The notes under the pieces were generated by a model. The model saw only the letters and a program-made list of their open reading frames with translations. It did no database searches and was not told the origin of the DNA. This document shows, in pieces, positions 9,766 to 19,213 of a DNA stretch of 64,000 nucleotides. Source of the DNA: a bacterium (lineage in GTDB: Bacteria; UBA10199; 2-02-FULL-44-16; JAAZCA01). The DNA lies in the NCBI GenBank assembly GCA_963674695.2, contig CAXXGI010000001.1, forward strand, positions 672,001-736,000. Direction: 5' to 3'. Positions within the stretch are counted from its first letter, which is position 1; each line of letters begins with the position of its first letter. Both the position numbers and the translations under genes were made by a program.

Positions 9766-10656
9766 ATGCCCCCCATCGTCACGTTTCTCCTCATCGCCGC
9801 CGGCGTCATCTTCATCATCGGCATTCGCATCGTGCGGCCCACGCATCGCGGGATCGTCGAGCGCCTCGGAAAGTACAACCGCTATTCGGAGGCGGGCTTT
9901 CACTGGATCTTCCCCGTCATCGAGCGCATGTTCCGGGTGAACGTGACCGAGCAGATGGTCGACGCGCAACCGCAGGAGATCATCACGAACGATAACTTGA
10001 ACGCGCGCGTCGATGCGCAGGTCTACTTCAAGGTGAAGTGCGATGCCGAAAGCGTGAAGGGCTCGCAGTACAACGTGAACAACTATCAGTGGCAGATCGT
10101 CAACCTCGCGCGCACGACGCTGCGCAACATCATCGGCACGCTCACGCTCAAGTCGGCGAACAGCGAACGCGGCAAGATCAACCAGGAACTGCACAAGACG
10201 CTCTGCGATGAGACCAAGAGCTGGGGAATCGACATCGTGCGCACGGAGCTCAAAGAGATCGACCCGCCGCAGGACGTGCAGGAGACGATGAACAAGGTCG
10301 TGAAAGCCGAGAACGAGAAGATCGCCGCGATCGACTATGCCACCGCCACCGAGACCGCGGCCGACGGCCAGAAGCGAGCCGAGATCAAACGCGCCGAGGG
10401 CATCAAGCAGGCGCGCATCCTTGAGGCCGAGGGCGAGTCCAGCGCCATCAAGCTCGTCAACGAAGCAGCCGAGCAATACTTCATCGGCAACGCGCAGGTC
10501 CTGCGCAAGCTCGAGGCCGTTGAGCGCGCGCTGGGCACCAACGCCAAGATCGTCGTCCCGGGCAATGCAGATCTGGTCAACGTCATCGGCGAGATGGCGG
10601 GCATCGTGCCGGTAAAGAGCAAGGGTACGCCCGCGAACCCCGGGTCTGAGGGGTAG
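9766..10656 (+). CDS. SPFH/band 7 (stomatin-like) membrane protein
   Basis: N-terminal TM, IVERLGKY, QEIITNDN, RTTLRNIIG, WGIDIVRTE, AE-rich coiled coil; RBS AGGAGG. Confidence 0.92.
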   Translation: MPPIVTFLLIAAGVIFIIGIRIVRPTHRGIVERLGKYNRYSEAGFHWIFPVIERMFRVNVTEQMVDAQPQEIITNDNLNARVDAQVYFKVKCDAESVKGSQYNVNNYQWQIVNLARTTLRNIIGTLTLKSANSERGKINQELHKTLCDETKSWGIDIVRTELKEIDPPQDVQETMNKVVKAENEKIAAIDYATATETAADGQKRAEIKRAEGIKQARILEAEGESSAIKLVNEAAEQYFIGNAQVLRKLEAVERALGTNAKIVVPGNADLVNVIGEMAGIVPVKSKGTPANPGSEG

Positions 10657-10670
10657 GTGCAGGGGGAACG

Positions 10671-11384
10671 ATGAGACGATGTGCTTTTTTGGTTTTGCTC
10701 GCCCTTCTCGCCGCAAATTGTGGGGGGAATGCGGGATCCTCCTTCACGGCTGAAGAGAACGACTCCCAGACGCTTGCCCTGACGACACAAACGGCGCTCG
10801 TCATTGAAAATACCAATGGAACGATCACCATCACCGGCTCCGATGCGACCGCAGAGCTTACCTGTCTCACCACCAAAAAGGTGACGAGCACCGTCAGCAC
10901 AAGCGATGCGCAGGGGCATATCTCCGATATCGACGTCGCGGTGAGTGAGGATGCAGACAGCGTCACCTACGCGGTGACGCATCCCACCAGCGAGAGCAGG
11001 AGTTACGAGGTCAATTTCGATATCACCCTGCCCAACCACCTGAACGTCGTCATCACCCTGTACAATGGAAACATCGCGTTGAACGCCACCACGACATCGG
11101 TGGAGGTCAATCTGCTCAATGGCACGTTCGTTGCCGACCTGACCCTCAACGATCCCTGTGCCCTTGCCATCGACGTTGGCAACGGAGACATCATGCTCAC
11201 GCTGCCGAATTCGACAAACGCGGCGCTCACGGCATCCGTCGTCAATGGAGCGATCATCAATGATGGATTGATTTTTACCGACCAGGACATTTCAAGCACG
11301 CAGTTTTCCGGAACGCTCGGCACGGGCGACGGAAGCATCGTGCTCAGCGTTGCAAACGGACAGATCGAGATGGGCGCCGAGTAG
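10671..11384 (+). CDS. Lipoprotein with DUF4097-like beta-strand repeats
   Basis: LAANC lipobox; repeated NGxI units; SGTLGTGDGSIVLSVANGQI ending. Confidence 0.8.
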   Translation: MRRCAFLVLLALLAANCGGNAGSSFTAEENDSQTLALTTQTALVIENTNGTITITGSDATAELTCLTTKKVTSTVSTSDAQGHISDIDVAVSEDADSVTYAVTHPTSESRSYEVNFDITLPNHLNVVITLYNGNIALNATTTSVEVNLLNGTFVADLTLNDPCALAIDVGNGDIMLTLPNSTNAALTASVVNGAIINDGLIFTDQDISSTQFSGTLGTGDGSIVLSVANGQIEMGAE

Positions 11385-11439
11385 ATTCAAATGAGCCCTA
11401 CCTGATTTCAATTTTACCATACGGTAACGATCACGGCTT

Positions 11440-11796
11440 TCAGCGACCGGCGAGTTTTCCTAAGACCGGGCACGTCTTCATCTCGTCCTCCAAAACTTCC
11501 GGGGGAGTATCCGCATCGAGGAAATTGAAGGGATAGTCCTTGGCATACGAGGTGCGACGGCCGCCATACTCCCTGCATCGATATCGTTTATCAACGCGTT
11601 CCAGATTGATACAGGGATAGTGAAAGACGACCTTCCAGAGTTCGTCTTTGATCAGCTCGCGCACCTCGATGCGATCCGTGTCGAGCCGGGAAAACCGGAG
11701 GGCATCGTCCGGGTCCTGAATCAGAATATGGAACGTCATGCAGCAGCGGGCGCAGGCCTGGCAGATCTCCGAATTGATCGCCGCCCGGTCCCTCAT
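11440..11796 (-). CDS. YkgJ-like cysteine-cluster protein
   Basis: CQACARCC, PCINL, CREY..R, YPF pattern. Confidence 0.7.
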   Translation of the reverse strand: MRDRAAINSEICQACARCCMTFHILIQDPDDALRFSRLDTDRIEVRELIKDELWKVVFHYPCINLERVDKRYRCREYGGRRTSYAKDYPFNFLDADTPPEVLEDEMKTCPVLGKLAGR

Positions 11797-11939
11797 TTCG
11801 CACGCCTCTTTGCCTGCGCCTTCTTCGCCGTTTTGCTGACCTGCTGCTTGTCCGAGGCGCGCGAATCCCGCAAAGGACGTTTGACCTTGCTGGTATAGAT
11901 CTTTCCAAGCTTCCCCGTTATCCTGTTATCAGCACCCAT
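11793..11939 (-). CDS. 48-aa basic protein of unknown function
   Basis: RBS GGGAGG before ATG; K/R-rich; ATGA overlap with next gene. Confidence 0.5.
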   Translation of the reverse strand: MGADNRITGKLGKIYTSKVKRPLRDSRASDKQQVSKTAKKAQAKRRAK

Positions 11940-11976
11940 TTTTTCCTCCCTTGTTGTATTCCAGTTCCATTTTTCC

Positions 11977-13227
11977 TCATTTCCCATTGCCAGCGGGGAT
12001 CGCCTTGCCCTCCTTGTAGGTCGGATAGGTGAACCCGCCATCGAGGAAATTCGTCTGTTCATCGATCTGCGTCGGATCGATCTCCAAAAATTTTACCGTG
12101 GGTGCAACCAGCGCCTTGTACTGCTCGGGCCGGCGGTCCTTGAGGTAATAATATTTCGGCGCCGGATGCGTCATGCCGTAATAGGCGGGGATGCAATCGG
12201 CGATGAGCATCGTATCCTGCTCGTGATCGGCGGCGACGATGATGTCGCCGTGCGGCCCGGCCACCATGCTGTTGCCGCGATAGTGCCACACGTCCTCGCC
12301 ACGTTTTTCATATCCCGTTCGGTTGGCATAGGCAAAGAAAATGTTGTTCGCATAGGCGTTGGCCGGAAAGAGAACCTCGGCCACGTCGGGATAGGGCACG
12401 CGGCTGCGTTTTCCATCGGGGAGGGTGTAGTAGTTGTCGGCAGCCGTGGGACCGACGATCAGCTTGGCCCCGTTGAGCGCCAACACGCGCGCGAGCTCCG
12501 GAAACTCACATTCGTAACAGTTGAGCACCCCCACCGGAAAACCGAATATCGAGTGGACCGGATAGTCGCTGTCGCCGAAGCTCCAGTTGTCGCGTTCCTG
12601 CTGACCGTAGAGCTGCGTCTTGTGATAGCTGTCGAGCAACTCGCCCATCTCGCTGATCACGGCGATGCTGTCATAGTATCGCAACTTCCCATCGGGCGCC
12701 TTCACCTTTTCGGCATAGGGGACGATGAGCGCCATCCGGTATTTCTGCGCGAGCGAGCGAGCCCGAGCGATGCTCGAGCCGTCCTTGAATTCGGCGACCT
12801 CGCGAGCCGTCTCCGGACTCAAGGTATATCCCGGCACATAGAGTTCGGGAAAGGCCAACAGCTGAACACCATAGGAGCTGGCCGTTTTCACCGCCAGCTC
12901 CAGTCGATCCATGTTCTTGGCCGTGGCCCCCGCGCCGCCTGCCGCCTGCGCTTGATAGATGCCGAGCCGAATCCCCGCACCATGCGACGGAAGCGATTGA
13001 TAGATGGAGGTCCGAATCTGCAGCGTGCGATAGCCCCGCTCGACCGACTCCCGATAGGCGGGCGTTCCGTCATCGTCGGTCAGCGGATGCGAAGACGACG
13101 GCGCCACGCCCCTCGTCGAACGCCTGCACCCACACCACTTCGGCGCGCCCGCAACATACAGATAGAGGGCAACGCCGATGACGATGGCGGTAATGGCCGC
13201 GATAATCCCGATGGTCGTCTTCTTCAT
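11977..13227 (-). CDS. Carbon-nitrogen hydrolase (nitrilase superfamily amidase) with N-terminal membrane anchor
   Basis: FPEL, YHK, NCYECEFPE motifs; hydrophobic N-terminus. Confidence 0.9.
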   Translation of the reverse strand: MKKTTIGIIAAITAIVIGVALYLYVAGAPKWCGCRRSTRGVAPSSSHPLTDDDGTPAYRESVERGYRTLQIRTSIYQSLPSHGAGIRLGIYQAQAAGGAGATAKNMDRLELAVKTASSYGVQLLAFPELYVPGYTLSPETAREVAEFKDGSSIARARSLAQKYRMALIVPYAEKVKAPDGKLRYYDSIAVISEMGELLDSYHKTQLYGQQERDNWSFGDSDYPVHSIFGFPVGVLNCYECEFPELARVLALNGAKLIVGPTAADNYYTLPDGKRSRVPYPDVAEVLFPANAYANNIFFAYANRTGYEKRGEDVWHYRGNSMVAGPHGDIIVAADHEQDTMLIADCIPAYYGMTHPAPKYYYLKDRRPEQYKALVAPTVKFLEIDPTQIDEQTNFLDGGFTYPTYKEGKAIPAGNGK

Positions 13228-13262
13228 ATCTCAAGCTCCCCCTTCACGATCGTTTCATATAT

Positions 13263-13414
13263 GGGCACCTCTAAAAACCCTATTTTTTGTTCGTCATCCC
13301 CGAGTGCTTAAATCGGGGATCCAGCCAGGTGCCTTTGTGTACGACTTTCCGGGACTGGATCCCCGACTACACCACTCGGGGATGACAGTCGAAACCGGGT
13401 TTTTAGAGGTGCCC
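13263..13414. mobile_element. 152-bp MITE with perfect 18-bp terminal inverted repeats
   Basis: GGGCACCTCTAAAAACCC / GGGTTTTTAGAGGTGCCC, ATAT on both flanks, internal GTCATCCCCGAGTG..CACTCGGGGATGAC palindrome; second copy at 31457. Confidence 0.75.
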
Positions 13415-13478
13415 ATATTTATATTTCAATTATGAAATCCATGAACGTGCTGACAGGGCCCCCATCAATCGACCGCGA

Positions 13479-13859
13479 TCACTGTGGTACGGGCGTGGAC
13501 TTGCCGCCGCTGTAACACCAGTTCATCGCATCCAAAAACGCCGTGAACTGCTTCTTCGTCCCCGACCGATCGGTGGCGAGCGCCGTATTATCATTCGCGT
13601 TCAGGATGAGGCATCCGGTCTCCGACATGAAGAAAAAGCGCCTCTTGTTGTCGGGACTGTACTCGACATGGACGAGGTCGTAGCCGGTGCCGGCGAAGAT
13701 GCCGGTCACGCCCGGAAACTGGCCGATGCATTCGACGAGCGCCCGTTTGTTTGGCGCCTGCTGTTGCGTACACGTGAAGCCATTGGCGGAGACGGCCTCG
13801 ATCGCAAATGTGGACAGGGGCATGCAAACGATGGCGACGATGATGAGGATTGATTTCAT
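13479..13859 (-). CDS. Small secreted Cys-containing protein (paralog of 15726..16070)
   Basis: Signal peptide; NGFTC, GQFPGV, GCL; RBS AAGGAG. Confidence 0.8.
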   Translation of the reverse strand: MKSILIIVAIVCMPLSTFAIEAVSANGFTCTQQQAPNKRALVECIGQFPGVTGIFAGTGYDLVHVEYSPDNKRRFFFMSETGCLILNANDNTALATDRSGTKKQFTAFLDAMNWCYSGGKSTPVPQ

Positions 13860-13886
13860 GGTGCGCTCCTTTCCGCTGGGTGGGAA

Positions 13887-15593
13887 CTATCTCGGTGTAT
13901 CCTTCTCATACGGCCAGGCCATGATACCGCCCTCCATCACTTTGACATTCGTCCACCCATTCGCCTGGAGTATGAGTGCCGCCTCGTAGCCACGCAACGA
14001 GATCTTACAGAAGCAGATGATCTCCCGATCCTTGTCCTCCGGGAGTTCGCCCAGGCGCCCCCGCAGAGCACCGAGCGGAATGAGCGTCTCGCCGACACCC
14101 AAGCGCATGGTCTCGTATTCATCTGGGCCACGGGTATCGAGGAGGAAGGGCTTTTCCGCACCTTGCAGCTTCTCAAAGACCTCCTTCGCGGATATCCCGC
14201 ACATCCGACCCGCGAGTTTGTTCTGCATGATGTGCGCGCAGGCGATGAAGTGATCGATGGCGAGCGAAAACGGCGGCGCATAGGGGAGATCGAGACACGC
14301 GAGGTCATCGACGGTCAACTTCCCCTTGAGCGCCATGGCCGCGGTGGCGATCTGCTTGCTGACATCACCGGAGCCCACGCTCTGGTAACCGAGGACCCTT
14401 TTGCTCGATCGATCGACGACCATCTTGCTGATCAGCGGGTTGGCACCCATAAATCCGGGTTTGTCCGGACTGGCGTTGATGGCCGTCTCGATATCGGTAT
14501 ACCCATTCTGCCGCGCCACCTTTTCGGAGAGACCGGTCGATCCCGCTGTAAAATCGAAGACCTTGCAGATGCCCGTCTGAATCGTGCCCGGAAACGTCGC
14601 CGTATTGCCGGCGATGATGTTCTCTCCGGCGACGCGACCCTCGAGATTGGCAAGATCGCCGTAGGGTGCGGGCACCTTTTTCCCCAGGATGAGGTGTTCT
14701 ATTTCGACACAATCCCCGGCGGCATAGATATCTGGATCGGAGGTCTGCATATATTCGTCGACCTCGATGCCACCGCGCTCGCCCATGCGAAGCCCTGCTT
14801 GCTTGGCAAGATGTGTGTTCGGCCGAACCCCGATGGAGACGACGGCGAGTTCGCAGGGAATCTCCGCTCCACTCTGCAATCGAACTCCCGATAGATGTCC
14901 ATCCTTCCCCAAAAATTCACTCACACCATCGTTGGTGATAATGTGCACGCCCTTGCTGCGGATATGATTTTCGACGAGACGGGCGAGTTCCTCATCCAAA
15001 AAGGTGAGGAGCTGCGGCAGGAGCTCGACGACGGTCATCTCGATTCCCGCGAGATGGAGTGCCTCGCAGGTTTCGACCCCAATCAGCCCACCGCCGATGA
15101 CGACCGCCTTCTTGATCTTCTTCTCGTCCCGAACCTTGCGAAGATAATCAGCATCCTGCATCGATTGCAGGGTCGTGATGCCGGCGAGATCCACCCCGGG
15201 AAGCGGAGGAACGAGCGGCGTCGAACCCGTGCAGATGGCGAGCTTGTCGTAGGAGAGCGTCTCCTCCTCACCGGTCTTGAGCTTTTTGCACGTCACGGTG
15301 TGCGCCGCGCGATCGATGGCCGTGACCTCCGTCTCGGTTCGAGCATCGATGCCCTTGGCCTTGAGAAAGAAGATCGAATCTCGAATAACACCCGTCGGCG
15401 TGCAGACGAGCTTGTTTCGATCGTCGAAGGTGCCACCGACGTAATAGGGATACCCACACGAGGCCATAGAGAGGTTGGCGTCCTTCTGCAGGATGACGAT
15501 CTCGGCGTCCTGATCCATCCGGCGGGCCTTCGCTGCTGTCTTGGGACCCGCTGCGGAGCCCCCGATGACGATGATGCGTTTTTTCGATGACAT
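13887..15593 (-). CDS. CoA-disulfide reductase-rhodanese fusion (CoA persulfide reductase-like)
   Basis: GGSAAG, SMASCG redox Cys, GGGLIG, YAAGDC, YAPPF, C-terminal rhodanese (FCKISLRG, EGGIMAW). Confidence 0.9.
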   Translation of the reverse strand: MSSKKRIIVIGGSAAGPKTAAKARRMDQDAEIVILQKDANLSMASCGYPYYVGGTFDDRNKLVCTPTGVIRDSIFFLKAKGIDARTETEVTAIDRAAHTVTCKKLKTGEEETLSYDKLAICTGSTPLVPPLPGVDLAGITTLQSMQDADYLRKVRDEKKIKKAVVIGGGLIGVETCEALHLAGIEMTVVELLPQLLTFLDEELARLVENHIRSKGVHIITNDGVSEFLGKDGHLSGVRLQSGAEIPCELAVVSIGVRPNTHLAKQAGLRMGERGGIEVDEYMQTSDPDIYAAGDCVEIEHLILGKKVPAPYGDLANLEGRVAGENIIAGNTATFPGTIQTGICKVFDFTAGSTGLSEKVARQNGYTDIETAINASPDKPGFMGANPLISKMVVDRSSKRVLGYQSVGSGDVSKQIATAAMALKGKLTVDDLACLDLPYAPPFSLAIDHFIACAHIMQNKLAGRMCGISAKEVFEKLQGAEKPFLLDTRGPDEYETMRLGVGETLIPLGALRGRLGELPEDKDREIICFCKISLRGYEAALILQANGWTNVKVMEGGIMAWPYEKDTPR

Positions 15594-15725
15594 GGACACG
15601 ATCTCCTTTTTTGTGTGCCTCAAAAGAGGGCACGGACCCGATGTGACACCGTTCTTTGCCGCAAAAAAACCAGCAGAATCGACAAGGCACAAGGGATTTC
15701 GACCCCACGACCCTCAGCAATCAGA

Positions 15726-16070
15726 TCACTTCGCCACCTTGCAGAAATCCATCGCCTTCTTGATCGATGTGAAGGTGGCCGATTTTCCCTTGCGGTTGGT
15801 CATGCGCAGCTCACGCTTCTTTTGATCGCCGACGAGCAGGCACCCCTGATGCGAGTCATACTGATAGTCGCGGCCATCCCGTTCATATTGAACGATGACC
15901 GAATAGGTGCCGATGGCCCCGAACGTTCCCTTCACGCCCGGAAACTGCCCCCGGCAGGAAACCGTGTTCTCCTTCTTCCCACAGGTGAAGCCGTTTACCG
16001 AATAGGCCTCCTGCGCAAACGAAGACAGCGGCAGCAAAACGATGGCGGCGATGATGAGGATCGATTTCAT
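15726..16070 (-). CDS. Small secreted Cys-containing protein (paralog of 13479..13859)
   Basis: MKSILII signal peptide; same motifs and same AAGGAGCGCACC-ATG leader. Confidence 0.8.
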   Translation of the reverse strand: MKSILIIAAIVLLPLSSFAQEAYSVNGFTCGKKENTVSCRGQFPGVKGTFGAIGTYSVIVQYERDGRDYQYDSHQGCLLVGDQKKRELRMTNRKGKSATFTSIKKAMDFCKVAK

Positions 16071-16104
16071 GGTGCGCTCCTTGTGGTGGGAAGAATGAGG
16101 AACG

Positions 16105-17325
16105 CTATGAATATTGCGGCATAAGGTCAATGGCTCGCTGCATAAAGTCGATTGCTGCAGCGCCTGCCCATGGAAGAAATCGCACACTCCGACCATCGCA
16201 GGTGACCATCTCCTCCACGTTATCGTTAAAGACAATCGCCTCCGGCGCATCCTGATACGCCTGGAGAAATTTTTTCAGCCCTTCAGGCACCACAGCCCTT
16301 TTGAGGCCGGACTTCACTTCAATCGGATAGGGTACTCGATTTTTGACAACGATAAAATCGACCTCGTCCCCCCTCTTTGTTCGCCAAAAACGAAGCTCCA
16401 TGTTCGCCTTGAGCTGCCGAACAATATTCAAGGCAACAAAACTCTCTTTGAGGAAACCGGCATCCCCTCGCTCTGCAAGGGGCTGGAAATCCTTCACCAG
16501 GCTGTTTCGAATGCCCATATCGAAGAGGAAGTGCTTTCTCGATTTTTTCAACTCATTTCCAAGGTTACGGGCATAGCTCGGCACCATATGACAAACGTAG
16601 GTCTGTGAGAGAATTTCGAGATAGCGCTCCACCGTCGGCTTTGACATGCCGATCTCTCCCGCAAGATTCGATGATACGATGATCGAACCCTGTTGTTCAG
16701 CGAGAAGATACATCAGCTGATTGAAGGCGCGGACATTTTCCTCGCGCACCAATCCCTTGATGTCTCTATTCACATAGGTGGCAACGATTGTCTGAAGCTC
16801 GTTCGGGATGTCCTCATTGCTCTTCAAATTGACAAGGCCGGGCATCCCTCCCGCCACCAGCGCCTGCTCTTTTTGATATCGCGGCTGCTGCTCGAGTTCA
16901 GTCAGAGAAAGCGGGTAGATACGATTGAAGAGAATCCTTCCCGCAAGACTCTCCTTGAGATGCGTGTGCATCTCCATCGCCGACGACCCGGAGGCAAATA
17001 TTTTGATCCGTTTTTTTCTGCTGTCGAAGATTGCCTTGAAGATATGAGAGATATTTTTCAGGAGGTAGAGTTCGTCGACGAAGACAACATCGCCGCTCGA
17101 CGTCAGCACATCAAACTGCTCCTTGTCTGTCGCACCGAGTGCGAGGAGATCGTCCGGCACTTCGAGATTTAAATACCGCGTTTTCAGCCCTCGCCGCCTG
17201 GCTTCCGTTTCGAGTTCGCGGAGCAAAAATGTCTTTCCCACCTGGCGCGGCCCCACCAGGACCGAGATCTTCGGATCATCAAATTGAGCCATTAAGTCAT
17301 TGATAACGCTACGCTTTATTTTCAT
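16105..17325 (-). CDS. AAA+ ATPase with DUF4143 domain
   Basis: GPRQVGKT, VFVDE, SGSS, ESLAGR, FDMGIRN, EVDF, PIEVK; start at MKIKR. Confidence 0.88.
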   Translation of the reverse strand: MKIKRSVINDLMAQFDDPKISVLVGPRQVGKTFLLRELETEARRRGLKTRYLNLEVPDDLLALGATDKEQFDVLTSSGDVVFVDELYLLKNISHIFKAIFDSRKKRIKIFASGSSAMEMHTHLKESLAGRILFNRIYPLSLTELEQQPRYQKEQALVAGGMPGLVNLKSNEDIPNELQTIVATYVNRDIKGLVREENVRAFNQLMYLLAEQQGSIIVSSNLAGEIGMSKPTVERYLEILSQTYVCHMVPSYARNLGNELKKSRKHFLFDMGIRNSLVKDFQPLAERGDAGFLKESFVALNIVRQLKANMELRFWRTKRGDEVDFIVVKNRVPYPIEVKSGLKRAVVPEGLKKFLQAYQDAPEAIVFNDNVEEMVTCDGRSVRFLPWAGAAAIDFMQRAIDLMPQYS

Positions 17326-17449
17326 AAAACCATTGTAACCCCACACTTTACAATGGTCAATCCCCTTTTCCCCGGCATTGCCATGACCCGCACCTTCATG
17401 ACCTCGATTTGGACTTTTCAGATTTTCAATGATACGGTGTCCATCAGAT

Positions 17450-18865
17450 ATGCAGACAAGCGAACCGAAAAGAAACAAGCGGGTGCTGGGCGTCTTCGCC
17501 ATCACGATGATCAACATGTGCATCGTCTTCAGCGTCCGCGGCTTTCCGCTGCTGGCTGAAGAAGGCCTCTCGCTCGTCTTCTATCTGCTTTTTTCGGCGC
17601 TGACCTTTCTCATCCCCGCATCGCTCATCAGCGCGGAGCTCGCCAGCGCCTGGCCTCCCCGGGGCCCCGGCGGCGTCTACATCTGGACGCGGGAGGCGTT
17701 CGGCACCCGGCTCGCATTCCTTGCCGTCTGGTTTCAATGGATCTCGGCGGTCGTCTGGTTTCCGACCGTCCTGTCGTTCATCGCGGCCACCATCGCCTAC
17801 ATCTTCGACCCCGCACTGGCGTCGAACAAACACTTCATCCTCTTCGTCGTCCTGGGGATCTACTGGCTGGCCACCCTCGGCAATTTCCTCGGCATGAAGG
17901 AAGTGGAGTGGATCGGCACGCTCGGTGTCATCAGCACGTTCACCGTAGCGGGTTTTATTATCGTATTGGGAGTAGCCTGGTTTCTCCAAGGAAACCCCGC
18001 TCAGATCTCGCTGACGCTGCACGACCTCGTCCCCGACCTGAGCAACATCGACAACATCGTCTTCCTGGCGGGGGTCATGGTCATCATCTCCGGCATCGAG
18101 ATCACCTCCGTTCACAGCGACGCCATCATCGACCCGAAACGAACGCTGCCGAAGGCGATCATGCTCTCGGCCTTTCTCTCCATCAGTCTGCTCATCCTCG
18201 GCTCGCTCTCGCTCGCACTCGTCGTCCCACAAAAGGAGATCAGCCTGGTCGCTGGACTGATGGAGGCATTCCATCTCTTCTTCCGCGCCTACCACCTGGA
18301 ATGGCTCGTTCCGGTCTTGGCGGTGCTCGTCGTCGTCGGTTCACTAGGAGAGGTCAGCTCCTGGATCCTGGGGCCCAGCAAGGGGCTCTTCGTCTCATCG
18401 CGCGACGGCGTGCTGCCGCCGTTTTTTCGGCGCACCAATCGCAAGGGCATTCCGACCAACATCCTCATCATCCAAGCCCTGATCGTCACCGCGCTGATGT
18501 TCGTCTTCCTCTTCATGCCGAACATCAACAGTGCCTACTGGATCTTGACCGCGATGAATGCGCAGCTCTACCTGATCATGTACATCATCATGTTTCTCGC
18601 CGCGCTCGTGTTGCGGATCACACGGCCGGAGGTTCCACGCCCATTCAGAATCGGCGGCGGGCATGTCGGCATCTTTGCCATCGTCGGCATCGCCGTCGCG
18701 GGAGCACTGTTTACCCTGATCATCGGCTTCTTCTCGCCGAGTCAGATCGAGACGGGCAGCATCGCCTTTTACGAAACTTTTCTCATCGGCGGCATGGGCA
18801 CGATATCCGCCATCGCCCTTCTCATCTACGCCCTGCGCAAGCCGCATTGGATGCATGAGGGATAG
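17450..18865 (+). CDS. APC-family amino acid permease (GadC-like antiporter)
   Basis: About 12 TM segments; SAELASAWP..GGVYIW, GIE, PRPFRI. Confidence 0.9.
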   Translation: MQTSEPKRNKRVLGVFAITMINMCIVFSVRGFPLLAEEGLSLVFYLLFSALTFLIPASLISAELASAWPPRGPGGVYIWTREAFGTRLAFLAVWFQWISAVVWFPTVLSFIAATIAYIFDPALASNKHFILFVVLGIYWLATLGNFLGMKEVEWIGTLGVISTFTVAGFIIVLGVAWFLQGNPAQISLTLHDLVPDLSNIDNIVFLAGVMVIISGIEITSVHSDAIIDPKRTLPKAIMLSAFLSISLLILGSLSLALVVPQKEISLVAGLMEAFHLFFRAYHLEWLVPVLAVLVVVGSLGEVSSWILGPSKGLFVSSRDGVLPPFFRRTNRKGIPTNILIIQALIVTALMFVFLFMPNINSAYWILTAMNAQLYLIMYIIMFLAALVLRITRPEVPRPFRIGGGHVGIFAIVGIAVAGALFTLIIGFFSPSQIETGSIAFYETFLIGGMGTISAIALLIYALRKPHWMHEG

Positions 18866-18889
18866 GCTACGGTTCGAGAATAAAATCAC

Positions 18890-19198
18890 CTAGCTGACGT
18901 TGAGCTCCGCATCGAGCCCGGACATCTTGAAGGTCTTCATGAGATACGGGCTCGTGTTGCAGATCGAGAAGTTCTCGGTGCCGACCTCTTTGGCGGTCTG
19001 CAAGCAGATGCGGATGAACGCCGAGGCGACATATTCGACGTCGTTCATGTCGAAAACGACCTTGAACGAAGACGACGACATCCCCTCCAGCTTCTCCTGC
19101 ATACGCTTGGCCACCTCCAGCGAGGTCGGGCTATCGAGCCGCCCTTCGAAGGCACAGCGGAGCGTGGCGGTCGCATCGTCGAAGGAAAAGTGAATCAT
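18890..19198 (-). CDS. STAS anti-sigma-factor antagonist
   Basis: GRLD, VVFDMNDVEYVASA, FKMSGL. Confidence 0.9.
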   Translation of the reverse strand: MIHFSFDDATATLRCAFEGRLDSPTSLEVAKRMQEKLEGMSSSSFKVVFDMNDVEYVASAFIRICLQTAKEVGTENFSICNTSPYLMKTFKMSGLDAELNVS

Positions 19199-19213
19199 AA
19201 TGTGGTCCTCCCG

